Source of the DNA: Cenococcum geophilum
Taxonomy: Eukaryota
Assembly: GCA_050273025.1 (NCBI GenBank)
Contig: CP158635.1
Span: 14,880,001 to 14,944,000 of the forward strand
Reading direction: 5' to 3'
Length of the DNA: 64,000 bases
Shown here piece after piece: positions 12,155 through 25,456 of this stretch. Both the position numbers and the translations under genes were made by a program. Numbering within the stretch: the stretch's first letter is position 1; every line of letters begins with the position of its first letter. The notes beneath the pieces were generated by a model. That model was not told the origin of the DNA. It did no database searches and was given only the letters and a program-made list of their open reading frames with translations.

Positions 12155-12517
12155 CGTTGCGGACTGGGAGAAGGGATATTCGAAAATCCATGTAGGAGTT
12201 GTCACCTGATAAACCAAGGAGTGAGCAAAAAATCACTTGATTGAGCTGAAGATATCATTTAAAGTGGTTAATACTGTTTATATGTCCAAACTATTGTCAA
12301 TATATTGTAGCTTAGTGCAATCGATATGCCCATACCATTGGCATTGTAGGAAGAATTTAAGGACGAGATCACGCTGTGAAATGCTTTGTCCCTCTACGCA
12401 TCCATTCGATCAGGTTTTGTCGCTTTTTCCGCCTGTTGTTTTTTCCCTTTCATTATATGCTTATTTCCTGGACCGTAACATCTTGCGTGGCTTGGGCATC
12501 TATAGATGATCTTGCAT

Positions 12518-15500
12518 CTACGCGGCAGGAGGCAACAAACTCCCATCATAAATTCCCTCATCAGGCGTAACCGTGTACGTTGGTCTCTCCTCTGGTTTCA
12601 GGGATTCAGGGTCGATATAGCGACATGTGAGCGCAAAACGCAGTTTGCCGGATGGATCAACAGCATGCTATTAGTCGTTAGCTAAGCATCCCCTGCAGTA
12701 TATTACCCTATCCGAATACGAAGTATATAAATCGGCTTACTTCATAGAACTCTTGTATACCCACACCATGCATAATAACAATGTCGCCATGTCCCAGAGT
12801 CATCGTAATTGCGTCTGGTGCCTTTCCTGACTTTTTCACCAAGCCCAGCTGTTGCGGAAGATCTTTGATCTTTTTCTTGTATGCATCGCGGTTGGTCATT
12901 TTGAGTGATTGGATACTATCGTAAGCGGCTTTGCGTGCATCATAATGTCTGCTGCCAGGTAGTGGGGTAGCCTCTGTGTAGTTCCCGGTCTTCGAAATGC
13001 CATGATAGTGCTTGGCTTTCAAGCGGAGTTTCATGGTAGCCGGAGCGCCTAGAGAGAGCGTAGCAATTGTAGGGCCAAGACCGAATTCGCCATCGTCGTG
13101 GTAATCAATAGCCTGTTTTTCAAAATATCCAAGGGCCAGAACCTCGTTGAACTCCTTGTGGTCTTCTTTTGTAATATGTCGAGCTGCCCAGTTGAGGCGT
13201 GAGCGAGTACTCTTAATCGCGTCCGCCGCGCCATCAAAGCTTCTGCTAGAAGTTGCCGCAATGAACTTATACGGCATACCGTAATTCACTAGGAAATGCT
13301 GTGTCAACATCTGCCCTTTTAGCATTGCTGTTTGCAAAGGTCTTCTCCGCAGTCCGATATCCGTCCCTTGCAACTCCACAAACATGTCGTCTGGGCCGCC
13401 AGCTTCCTCATTCACAGTCCTATTTGCGATAAGATGAGCAACGAAACCATCTATACCTGGAATCTCAAAATAGTTGATCCGGTAATTGTGAGCAAAGTCT
13501 AGCCTCATTTTGATCAAAGGTAAACACTTGTCCCTGGAAAATGCATAATTCGAGGATAACGGATAATAAGGGTCATGGAGTAAGTTCGGTGTGATAAGAG
13601 TGTGAGTAAGGCTGTACTTGAACCCGCAATTGGCATTGCCACATTCCCAACCTATCCAGGACTCTCTTGAATTGCAACGCCCACATCGAGGACAAACAAA
13701 TCCTTTCCAAGCAGCGTAAGAAACATCTTGGCCGATGGTGGGCATTGAATTAATTTTCATTAACTCCGGACGAAGTTCATAGGGCTCACTGGAATGCGGC
13801 CATTGGGTATGTTGCTTCATGAACCTCGGATCGTATAGCAGACATGCTTCCTGTGGCTCAGAGCCATTCTCAAGCTTCCAGAAAAGCAAGCAATCGGGTT
13901 GCAAACACATCCATCCCTGAATATATACCTGTAAGCTCTCTTTACTGCAGCCACAGCACTGCTTACTGATTGCTGGAGAAAGGTCTCCAAGGCCCACTGG
14001 TTCGTACATCTGTTGAGGAGCCCACCAGCAACCATCATATGGCCTCAACTTCTCAAACCGGTATCGGATAATTTTCTTGTCCTGTGACTTCTCGAACCAG
14101 ACATGTGTCGGTTTGAACCAATCCAGAACACAGTACGGGTGCGGGGGCCGAGATGGCGATGTTGGGTTGTTTTCTCCTACAATCATTACGACTGGATTGA
14201 AATGGAAAATGCTATTTCGGACGCTGGAAACCTGGCTCCCTTCTGTCTGGTCTTTTTCCATTACCATATCGCCAGTGGCTTTGTCCTTAGACAACCCACC
14301 ACCAGCACGAGATATGATAATATTCGCGTCCATATAGTCTCGCTCGTGGCTTTCTTTGTCGTACATGAACCCGCGAGCGAAACCGCCGGTGCAGTACCCG
14401 CCTCCTTGGTATGATCGGAAATAGGGAACCGTTTCACATAGCGCTTGACGGCCATCGGCCCAAACGGATGGCTGACCTGAAGGCGCGGGCTTTGGGAGAA
14501 GTGCTGCCGCAGTGGTGAGCTGCTCGGCGAGGTCGGTGAGCCGTCTCTCATCGTCACTGATCGCGGCATTATGCAAGTATACAGCATTATATTCTACCGT
14601 CTTCGGAAGGGCTTGGTGTGCCGGCCATCTCTGTGACACCAGAGTGCTGGTAGAAGTATCATCGACGACGCGAATATCAGGGGGATTTGGGAATGATGTT
14701 TCGACGACTTCCATTTGAGGGTGTTCCCTTAGCTGGTCCGGTGCAATTTCTCCGGTACCCGTTTGCGACGGGTATAATGGCAAGGTGGTACTACGAAGAC
14801 GTTCTTGACTAGGTAGCGGCGTATGGCCCGTACCATTGCCTGGCTTATTATTCTGGCCCGTGGGGCCGAGAGAGATAGAGCCATCTTCAGGCCGGGAATG
14901 AACGTGTGTTTGGTCATCAGTAGAGCTCGCCAAAGGAGCGAATCTCGTTGTGCAAGTGGTACCACACTCTTGTTGCGGCTGTTTCGCCTCCACGGTATTC
15001 AGTGAATCAGGCTCAGCAAATATAGTATTAACTAACTGTGGTGCGCTCTTTCGGCGTGTTGACTTTTGGCCAGAACATCCCGGGCTCTTTGCAGGGGAAC
15101 GAGAGGTGATTTTGCGGCGTGATCCAGTAACCGCCGCAGTCTTTGTTCGTGATACAGCAATCAGCCCAAGTGACTTATTGGCAAGTACCTCTGCTGTCGG
15201 CTTCCTCGCACGACCACCTAAAGGAGTAGGACTGGAGATTCCGACTCCCTGTGTACTAGGTTTTGCGGATTTCTGAGCTGATGTGGGAGGTATCAAGAAT
15301 TTGGCCGTATTTTTTGCCTTCCTATGTGGCTTGTGTTCTCCATCTCTTGCATCTGTATCAGTCTTCAGACGCTTCTCAAGGCGTGCCTCAGGCCAATCAC
15401 TAATGTCGGATGCGGGAGAGCTCAATGGGGAATCTGGTGCGTCCAAGGAATTTCTCGGTGAGTTAAAGACACTCGATAGTTGCGTAGGCAGGGTGTCTGA

Positions 15501-15674
15501 TGCGACTCTCTTCTTTTTTATGTCTGGGGTGGTAGGGCGTAGTATTGTCGAGAGTTGGCCATCGGTTGTTGATCTAGTACGGCCAGAGCCAACTACAGAT
15601 GTCGGTGTGATAATTTGGGTTGGTAGACCGCTGTAATCAAGCGAGCGACGTATTGCTATGCGCATGGAGGACAT
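12518..15674 (-). CDS. Large protein: disordered N-terminus + SRA/SAD-like domain + Cys-rich zinc-binding region + AlkB-type 2OG-Fe(II) dioxygenase
   Basis: Long ORF plus a last exon after intron 12668-12740 reading HAVDPSGKLRFALTCRYI; HDD...H...R..R AlkB signature (YHDDGEFGLGPTIATLSLG, GDIVIMHG); CCGC..WMCLQPDC and CPRCGRC..WECGNANC; start codon uncertain. Confidence 0.8.
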
Positions 15675-16962
15675 GACACGTAACAGATGAACACAATTAT
15701 CCCTCAATCTGGACGTCAGGAGGGATGTCCGTTGAGGAAATCTGAGACTTAGATGACCCTGCTGCTACAAGTGAGAGCAATGCAGATAGCGAGTCGGAGA
15801 ACGAGAGACAAAGGCACATGAAATTTCTCAGAGCAAAAGCGATGTGGTGAGATGTTGGGGGCATGAATTGACCACACATATGAATCAATTCTACTGGAGG
15901 TCAGATAAGCTAAAGCGCCCGGTATGGTGTCATGTGAAACGAATTCGGGAAGAAGTGAGTGATGCGTGTGATAATGCTGTCTAGTAGAAGTCTGGTGATG
16001 TATTATATAGACTTTCTTGACTCCGATACAATGGTTACCTTGGAGTGAGACGATTAATAGCCGGCAAAGTAAATCGGTAATGGGGATGGGATAATAAACT
16101 ACTTCTCGCAGAACTATCATTTCTATTAATGCTAATGCTAGTCATCGCAAAAGCGCTTCGTCCGGATATTGAGACGCTCCTTTAGGTGAATGAGCCCAAG
16201 TGAAGTGCGAGGTTGGGCCGGTTCCTCGGTCATTATAAAGGCTCCGAATCATATAAGTTTCGCTCCGAATACAACTGGGTACTATTGGCTATGCTCACTT
16301 AAATATTTCTTCTTTATAAGCAATGAAATTTCATAGCTGAAAGAGATAACCTGAGGGACTTATATAGTGTATTAATACTGGAGAGCTTTCTATTAAGTGA
16401 TCTATACACTGGCAAAATAACAATTGGGCATCCCGATTGGTTCTATTGGGCTGGACCTTATCGATAACTGTAGGACGAATTGTACCGTTCAACGAGCGAG
16501 GACCTTGAAGTAAGCGCGAGCTAGTTCTTGAAAACCTACGCAACTCGTTTTACATCATGGACAAATATCTGGAGGTTATGCCCTTGTTAGTCCCTGTAAT
16601 GTGACTGCGTCGTTCCTACATCTTTTGAGCGATCTTGTGATCCTCCTAAACTCCGAGAGTTGCAGGATGGGCCCTATACGATGGTTGAGGGATATTTGCA
16701 GGTTTGGAGCCAGATACGTAAGGGAGTCTGATTTCATGGTGGCGGTGAGGGGTTTACTATTCTGAAACTTGGCCGCAATCGTTAAAAATAATGAAAATCA
16801 CGACGCCGATTTCTCTATAACTTCACTGTCCATTTCTGCGTACTTGAGAGTTCTCAATTCTATTCCCAACTTTCAACGGCTTCTTATTTGAGATAAGCCA
16901 CGGGAAGCTGCAAAATTCCGAATCCGTACACATGTCTCGGGTACAACGCCATAATCGACCTG

Positions 16963-18524
16963 TCACCCTATGAGGTTAAAGAGCTTCATATCACTTATCA
17001 GGGTTTTAGTGCGGCGGGCTTCCTTCTCTATCCGCTCGAGTAGGCGCGTCTTGGCCCCATTTTGATATTCAGTTAAAGTCTCCCAGTTGCCACTAACAAT
17101 TTTTGGAGCGATGGCTGCTGTGCTAGCATTGGAGTCTTCCACAAGGGTTTCAAGATCTTTCACGCTTTCGTAGATCCGTTCCTCCGCGGCGCGCTGAATT
17201 CTCAGCAGGGAGAAGAGTTCCTGCTCCCGGACCACTCTATCGGGCATAAATTCTTCCAGCTTTCTTAGGTCCAAAACGTCATCAATATGCAGCAGAAGTC
17301 AGCAAGTATTTATTTCAGTGTACACAGCGAATTTCATACCATTATGGAGTTCAGAAAACAATTCCATCCCTTGTTCCATTCGTTTAAAAGATGCAATAAT
17401 GCCACTTGAAATATGGCAATACCAATAAACTGTTCACATATGTTGAGCTCAATTCGGCGACGGCCCTCCAGATCATTCAGACAAGTTGTAGGATGATCAC
17501 TCAGCATTACCATTGAATAACAGGCAAAATTCGAATCCAGACTGGTATTGGTGGCAACTGCTATCCGGCGTTCAATGAAGGAGATCTCATGTCCCTTTTC
17601 GAACGAAAAAATTTGACCCTGTTGCCGGCAGATGAGTAGCCCCTCAGACCGATCTTGGGGAGTCCGGGGCGATGCGACCTTGTCGGGGACCGAGAAATAG
17701 CGGAGATGAAATTGGATATGACAAATACGTTTGCCCAAGCAACGCCATCTTGTCCAGTTCGTGCTCGGCCAGATGACTGCGTAACGCTGGGCAAAGACCA
17801 TGGCGCAGTAACCAACCTCTTCAGGTTCAAGATCATGACCCAGCGTGGCTTGGCAGAGAACGAATGCCAGAACGGCGAAACACATGGAGGGTTCTGTTGG
17901 AGAAACACACCTGTTTACCGTTACTAAATATATCTAGGACTTTCATGTCAAACGTCGGCCTACCAAATTCTGCCGTATATCTCCTTCCCTAATACTAATT
18001 GGGGAACAACAGGGATGGAGTTCGGAAACCAACGATCTATCAGCTTTGGAAGGCCAATATCGTGGTAATATGACTCGATCAAGTGTATCACGGTTCCTTG
18101 AAGGGATCCCATCTCATATTCGTGGTCTCCTCCGAATCTCTTGGGCCATCTTCCTCTAATATATCCCGCTATTTCCCGGGAAAATTTGTCCCAGGCATCC
18201 TCTCCAGAAGGTTCATCCGACTGACACTCTACGTAGTGCAAGTTTCCTCGTCCATCAGGTTTCTGGAGGACCAGCCGAGTAGGGCTGAAAAGGTTTGTGA
18301 TGGAGGGATCGGATGGATCTGACACCTCAGACGTCTAATTTCGGGGCGTGTGTCAACACGTCAAAGAACACGATTCGTAGTGCGTTGAGCTTCCCCTCAG
18401 CCGGGCATTGCGCGCGCCAGAAGTTTTTGGGTGTGGTGGTAATGCGGTCTGTTCCATCTGATGTTGAAGTCGAACTCAGATTCCGCCGCCGGGCGATGGC
18501 AACGTTAACAAAAAATGCCGACAT
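16963..18524 (-). pseudogene. Fragmented hypothetical gene, possibly a truncated fungal CorA-like family member
   Basis: Consecutive same-strand ORF pieces with frame breaks (about 18326 and 17890); LLRI..LLERIEK..LFN resembles the pre-TM segment of fungal CorA-like proteins, but no intact TM region follows. Confidence 0.35.
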
Positions 18525-20122
18525 GGCCCTTGAGCAGTCTGAAACCAGAAGAATACTATCGAGGGCCTAATTTCAGATTAAACCAGTTTGAGCAGCCGCG
18601 AAAATATGGCAGAGGATAAGTCATATTGTTGCTGCACGTCAAACTTGCGACCACCGCCATTCTGCAAGCTCAGACGTGTCCATCCACTGGGGTAAGTTAA
18701 ACATCCACTCATAGATCATAACCGCGAGTTTCCACATATCTGCATATGTCAAAGCAAATGGGAGCAGTTGATAGTTGGGGCGTAATGATGAGTTGGCATC
18801 GTCCAGAAGGTGTCGAGAGCCCTCGTATCATTGGTTGCCTGGCACGGCTTCCATGAGCCCACCGACGACAGACACGGCACCGAACACTCCACGACACAAC
18901 CCGGGTAAGCTACAGAGGCATTGGACACGTGAGTTGCCGTAATTGAGCTGTGGAACTTCGGGTAGTTACAACTTCGACGGTCCGACACTTGGCTAGATGA
19001 ATGGGCCACACGATCGACGAATGCTTCCAAACTTTGGGAAGTTGGGTCTACTCAATTAATTACACTTCAATAATGCCAGAAGGAGAGTTTAGGAGCTTTA
19101 TTCTGATGTCGTTAGGTTCAGGTTCGAAAGTGATACTCAACTGCATTGATAGCTTCGAATCGGATTTTGGGTTGCTGGTGACGCTTACAATATTCCCGCA
19201 CACATATGAAGGGAAGTGTCCTTAAGCTCTTTAGTGTTCTTCTAGATATCACTTTGTTTGCTACTGAAGGCGCTGAACTGCGTGCACATTTTGGAAATGC
19301 AGCTGACAAAGTTATCTCTATCCCAGACCTTCTACCGAGGTTCAGCCGCGCACAACTTGTCAATGGCCGAATGTATATTAAGGCGTTAGTTGGTGGTTGA
19401 TTGATGGATGAATTTTTTGTATGGCAACTCTAGCCTGAAGTTCAATCGCACGCTACGCCGCTTTGGGTTTCACCTTTGTTAGAAGTACTTTGCAACTAAA
19501 TGTGTAGAGTAACTTTTATAGCTTTCTTGATAAATGCCTTTACTTAGCTAAGGCTTTATTGTAATTCTCCGTAACCTTATAATACCCGAGTCCCTTCGCG
19601 GGGGTGTGGCTAGAACGAGTAGGAAATCTGGCTGGGAACGATTTAAAGATCCGGGCCCTAGCACCCGTTTGGACAAAAAATTACGAAAGCAATTTGCTAA
19701 ACCTTGCGCTATTGGGTGTCCATTTGATCAGTTGCAAAGCCCCGGATCGTCAATGCAACCGGTCCATTTTCCTTCTTTTTCGACACGCCCAGGATAGCTG
19801 CTCGTCATAATGTTGATAACCGAAGAAATTGAGCAATTTAGCTTGCATCGGCCCGACAACAGGAAGCCTCGGCACCCAATGGCATAAGGAAAATAAAGGG
19901 GGACGGCCAAGAGCAACATCTTATTAGGCTTTCTCCTCATTGCTCAACTATAAACTTCACATCTCCATCCACTGTTCTCGGTTATTATTCTCCCTGTCTC
20001 CGCCTTAGTACCCAAACGTCTTGATAGCCAGCTCTAGTAAATACCTCCTACATACTTGAAATTAAAGCTGTCAGCTCTCGCAAAGCGAAGATTACCATCA
20101 ACCAACAGAATACTCTTCTGCC

Positions 20123-22166
20123 ATGCCTTTCCACCCACCACCATGGGTCCCAAAGCTTCCTTTCGACCCTCCCGACTCAATTCCAATTTCCGATTTTATG
20201 TTTGATGAGAATTATGGTCGATATCCTTTGGGATACTCTAGAGCGCCATTCACTTGTGGTCTCTCTGGCAAGGAATACTCAGCTCTCGAGGTTAAAGAAC
20301 GAATAGATTACCTTGCGCGGGGACTCGCTAAGGAATTTGGGTGGCATCCAAATCAGGGTTCAGAGTGGGACAAAGTTATTGGCGTATTCAGTGTCAATAC
20401 GGTAAAATGGTCCAGCAACTGTGCGCTTTATCTCACTCTAGCTGATGCGCTTTGCAGCTGGATACTGTTACCTTAGCATGGGCCACACATCGCCTCGGTG
20501 GTATCCAAACACCAGCCAATGCCGCCTATTCCGCCAAAGAGCTCGAATACCAGCTGAAGGATTCCGGCGCCAAATGCCTGTTCACCTGTCTTCCCCTACT
20601 CAAGACGTCTCTTGAAGCCGCACAGAATGTCGGAATACCTAAGAATCGCATATACATTCTCGAAGTTCCGAAAGAATTAACAGGCGGACAAGGAAGTCCT
20701 AGCGGATTTAAGACAGTGGATGACTTTATCCAAGAAGGTTCCAAGCTCCCACGTCTGGCACCATTGAATTGGCCGAGAGGAGAGGGTGCAAGACGAACAG
20801 CGTTTCTATGCTACTCGAGTGGGACGTCCGGCTTACCCGTATGGTTCTCTTAGGTATTCCCAATTGATCATTGACTGATAAATAACAGAAAGGCGTCATG
20901 ATCTCGCATAAGAATGTCATTGCTAATACTCTACAAATATATACATACGAAAAGCCTTATCGAGATACAATGAAAGAGCCGGGAAGTCAGGTCGACTATG
21001 CTGAAAACGCTCTAGGTCTTCTCCCTATGAGCCATATCTATGGACTAGTCGTCATCTGCCATGCAAGCATCTATCGAGGTGACGGCGTTATAGTACTCCC
21101 GAAATTTGAGTTTCAAGCGTTGTTGGCAGCCATACAGCATTTCAAAATCAACACACTGTACTTGGTAAGGAACCTTGCGTGGTATTTGTCTCGAGATTGA
21201 TGACTAACATGTCGACTATGAAGGTACCTCCGATTATTATACTCATGACCAAAAATAGGAGTACTATGGATAAGTATGACTTGAGCAGTGTCCGAAGTGT
21301 ATACACCGGTGCTGCACCACTTGGAAAAGAGACCGCGGATGGTTTACAAAAGATCATTCCCAGCTGGGCCATCCGGCAAGGCTACGGTAAATGAATTTTT
21401 AATGTCAATCTGCAATATAGCGGAAATTGGGAACAGCCAGTACTGAGACTGTTATTAGGCTTGACAGAGACTTGCACAGTGGTATGTTCCACAAGCAATG
21501 ATGATGTCTGGTTCGGCTCTTCCGGATCTCTTATACCAGGTATCGAATGCAAGCTTGTTAGCACAGAGGGAGCAGAAATCGAAGGCTATGATCAGCCGGG
21601 CGAGCTCCTCGTAAAATCGCCTGGTGTAGCTCTTGGTTACCTTAACAACGACAAGGCAAACAGAAAGACCTTCCAAGATGGCTATATGCGCACGGGGGAT
21701 GAGGCGGTAATCCGAAGAGCCCCCTCGGGTAATGAGCATGTCTTCATAGTAGACCGGATAAAAGAGCTTATCAAAGTGAAGGTCAGTATTGCATACACCT
21801 TTTCTCGATACCGCGTTAACTATGAGCTAGGGCCACCAAGTCGCACCTGCAGAGCTTGAAGCACATCTTCTTACCCATCCGGCTGTTAACGACTGCGCGG
21901 TCATCCAAGTCCCTGATGAGAAGTCAGGAGAAGTGCCAAAGGCTTTTGTTGTCAAGTCGCCTTCTGTGGGTCTGGAAGAAAGCGACCGAATGCTTGCGCG
22001 GCAGATCCAGAAGCATATAGAGGAACACAAGGCACGATACAAGTGGATCACCGGCGGGATAGAGTTTATCGATGCTATTCCGAAGAGTCCAAGCGGCAAA
22101 ATCCTGAGACGGTTCCTCAGAGATAGGGAAAAGGAATCACGAAGGAAGAAGGGGGCGAGGTTGTAA
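20123..22166 (+). CDS. pclA: Phenylacetyl-CoA ligase / 4-coumarate-CoA-ligase-like acyl-CoA ligase, peroxisomal (PTS1 ARL), multi-exon
   Basis: YSSGTSGLPKGVMISH AMP-binding motif, QGYGLTET, RTGDE, VDRIKELIKVKG, PKSPSGKILRR, C-terminal ARL; N-terminus resembles Penicillium Phl/PclA as recalled. Confidence 0.85.
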
Positions 22167-22579
22167 ATATTAGTTGAAACGTAGGGGAAGAGCTTGGTTA
22201 ACTGGAGGCGAGTTGGAGGCGAGTTTTTGGGTGATGATACCCGCAGCGTACATAGAATTAAGAAATAGAAGCAAATTCAACGATAAACTTGTTGTACCTT
22301 GCAGAAGATACCTGTCACGAATCGACATTATGAGCAGGTTGTGCAGTAGGTCGCTAGCCTGCCGATGACGTTCGGCGACTTCAGAGCTCCGAATGCGAGG
22401 GGCACTTTCAGAAAAATGGTTGCTCAGCGAGATGAATTTCTAAGCACATTCCAAAATCACCGCCTTCTGTGCCCATTCCTTCTCCAATAAATAGAGCTTT
22501 CGAGTGTAAGTTGCACGCTCCCTCTCATCTCTTTACGTTACTCACCATTTCTCTTAGACCCGCCCCAAACTTTCCCACA

Positions 22580-24168
22580 ATGTCCGCCCACCAGCCCCAC
22601 CAAGAAGAACATGAGCTCGGTGGTGAAGACGATGCAGCAATGCTCGACCCAGCCGAAGCTGGCGAGGAAATACCCGACGACGAAGATGCTCCCATGGAGT
22701 CTGATAATGACGAAGATCCCTCCGCCACCCTCGAAGAAATCCAGCTACAGAACGACAGCGTAGCCCACTTCGACGGCCACAAAGACAGCATATTCTGCAT
22801 ATCGCAGCACCCGGTCCACCCCGAAATCATAGCCACGGGTGGAGGCGATGACCTCGGGTATATAATAGATAGCACTCCACCAGAAACGCCTGTGCTGCCA
22901 GCAAGCTATCAGAGCAATCCGCAGCCACAGGAGCGCGAGAGCTTGAAAGCGATTTACAAATTGGAGGGGCATACAGATTCACTCAATGCGATCACTTTCA
23001 CATTACCCAAAGGGCAGTATGTGGTCTCGGCGGGCCTTGACGGGAGATTAAGAGCATGGCAGGGTGAGCCAACGGGACGACGGTGGAAATTCCTAGCCGA
23101 AGCACAAGAGGTGGAAGAGATTAATTGGCTGGCGCCGTGTCCGCACCCCAGCTATCCAAACACAATAGCATTGGGAGCCAACGATGGTTCGGTGTGGATA
23201 TACACAGTCAACGCTGCCGACACCTCTTCGCCCCTCACCATTGTCCAGGCGTTCTACCTACACACGGAAAGCTGCACAGCAGGATGTTGGACGCCGGATG
23301 GCAAACTCCTAGCTACGGTCTCGGAAGACTCAAGCCTCTATGTGTGGGATGTATTTGGTGAGGCAGCAGCGGCTGGTCTTGCGGAGGCTCAAGGAAGCCA
23401 GAGCGTAGTAGGATTAACAGGCCTGGATGAACGATTTAGAGTGGATGGCGGCCTCTACAGTGTTGCGGTAGCACCTAATGGAGCTTTTGCTGCTGTTGGG
23501 GGTCGAGAAGGCAATATACGCATAGTAGGGCTCCCGAGGATAGGGGCAGAACCGTCGTCAGTAGCAGGTGGGAAGGGTACAAGCGCTAAAAGCAAGGTAG
23601 GAGGCAGCAAGAAAGCAGGAGGGCCAAAAGCGGCTTCATCATCTGCAAGTGGTCAAGCTGGGCAAATTCTCGCCTCTTTACAGGCTGGGACGGACAATGT
23701 AGAGACGATATCGTTCTCGCAGCCCCCCTTGACTCTTATGGCAGCCGGAAACGTCGATGGCTCCATTACCCTTCTCGATACAGCACACCGCTTCGCTGCT
23801 AGACGGAATATACCCGGTGCTCATGAGGATGATCAGGGTGAACAAGCCGTTGTCAAAGTCGAGTTTGTCACGAATACAAGAACTGGCGGCTGGCTACTCA
23901 CTTCATGTGGTTATGACGGTGTGGTGAGGAGATGGGATGCAAGAGGAGGCACTGCGGCGGCAGCGAAAGGCCTCGTTGGCGAATGGAGAGGACATAGGGG
24001 TGGTGGTGAAGGTGGCGGAATAATGGGCTTTGTTCAAGGCGATGGAAAATATATCACCACCGCGGGTGATGAGTAAGTCCACTCTTCTCAGCAATAGCTC
24101 TGGGGAAGTAAAAAGCTAATTCAGTACACAGTGGAATTTCGTTGGTCTTCTCCACTCCCGTAGTATAG
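22580..24168 (+). CDS. SQT1: WD40 ribosome assembly factor Sqt1 (uL16/Rpl10 chaperone)
   Basis: Acidic N-terminus, NDSVAHFDGHKDSIF, ATGGGDD, multiple WD repeats; intron 24073-24131 then DGISLVFSTPVV*. Confidence 0.85.
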
Positions 24169-24434
24169 GCACAACCGTAAATAATTCGCCATGCCGTCAA
24201 ACTCACAGTACTCACATTATTACCTCGTGACAACTAGACCTAGCTAAAAGCTAGCTATTCGTTCTGCGTAGCTATTTACAGCATGGCAGCCGGATTGAAG
24301 CGTTATTAGCCATATTCTGAACCAGGGAATTCACTTAATTCTAGCAGTTGAATCCCAATCTTACAGTAGGTTATTACCTTACACCTACAACACTCTACTC
24401 AATCTGCCCTAAAAGCAACCAAACCTCCCTCACC

Positions 24435-25163
24435 ATGCGACTATTCACAGAGAGCCTTGCGACCATTACGGTGCTCTTTGTCCCTCTCCCCTCTATGGTT
24501 GCGGCACCGATACTCTTAAACGGAGCTAGCTTTGGCGTTCACACACACCCTATTTCAGCAATTTATCCCAACGTCAACCTTGCATCGGGAACCCCAACAT
24601 TCTCGTCAGTGGCTGCTAGTTCATCTACACCTAGAAACATCCTGCCCATTCTAGTCACAGTTGATACCAATGGGCTGTTGAGACCTAAGAATACGGTGCC
24701 GGGCGGTCCAGCCACTGAATCGAATCATCTATGGGATGCAATACAGGCCGTTGAGCAACTCATTGGCATGCCGGATCCACCAGAGCTTACCTGAATCAGC
24801 CAAAATGACGGCCCGATCCACACTACGCCGATGCTACCGGGAACCTCTCCACTAAGTCAAGTGGTCATACCAGGACTTACACCGGCAGAAAAGATGAAGC
24901 ACGGCCTTAACTAAGTCTATAATTTGCCTGCCGCTCCGCCAGGTTTTACGATAGTAAAAATGCTAGTGACTATTGAGGGAAAAGGCTTGTTCCCGCCACC
25001 GATCAGCATCTCGCACGGCGCATCAAGCCCCAGATTTACCAAACGCAACCTTACATCCGAAGAGACAGCATATGCCGAAGTTATATTACAGGATGTGCAG
25101 AAACCATTACTTTATTCTGTTCCAGCAAGAAACCCTAAGTGCAGCGGAGTCTGTCTTGGCTAG
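24435..25163 (+). pseudogene. Small secreted protein gene with premature stops (or an intact 119-aa ORF ending at 24794)
   Basis: Signal-peptide-like MRLFTESLATITVLFVPLPSMVAA; the same frame continues through TGA 24792 and TAA 24912 to TAG 25161. Confidence 0.45.
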
Positions 25164-25366
25164 CCCAAGGTCAAAAGATTCGCTTAGGTACCTTTATGAC
25201 GTCTGCTATGATGAAAAGGAAACTCAGTAGAAAAGGGATCCTACTAGAACGTCGAGCGTAATCCGTTGGCGGTTAGTATGACTTCAAGTAGACGACCTAG
25301 TAACCTCCGCAGGGCGTCGGCTAGATAATGACATGTGATGTCGAGTACCAACACGTCCTCCAAGGG

Positions 25367-25456
25367 ACACAATTCGGCTGTGCTCTATGCAATATATCCC
25401 TCTGTAAAGAAGGACCTTGCTGGCAGGGGCGCCTTAACCTAATTACGGCACGATAG
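25367..25456 (+). mobile_element. Possible piggyBac transposase C-terminal Cys-rich remnant
   Basis: Reads TQFGCALCNISLCKEGPCWQ (T-x-x-C-x2-C-x3-LC-x4-C-W/F pattern). Confidence 0.4.

Noticed and set aside
18550..20000. Short ORFs upstream of pclA, and the many antisense ORFs over real genes
   Set aside because: No recognisable motifs or consistent splice structure; likely spurious
10625..22166. ivdA and pclA as members of the aromatic cluster
   Set aside because: ivdA acts in leucine catabolism and pclA is 11 kb away past unrelated genes; no evidence of linkage
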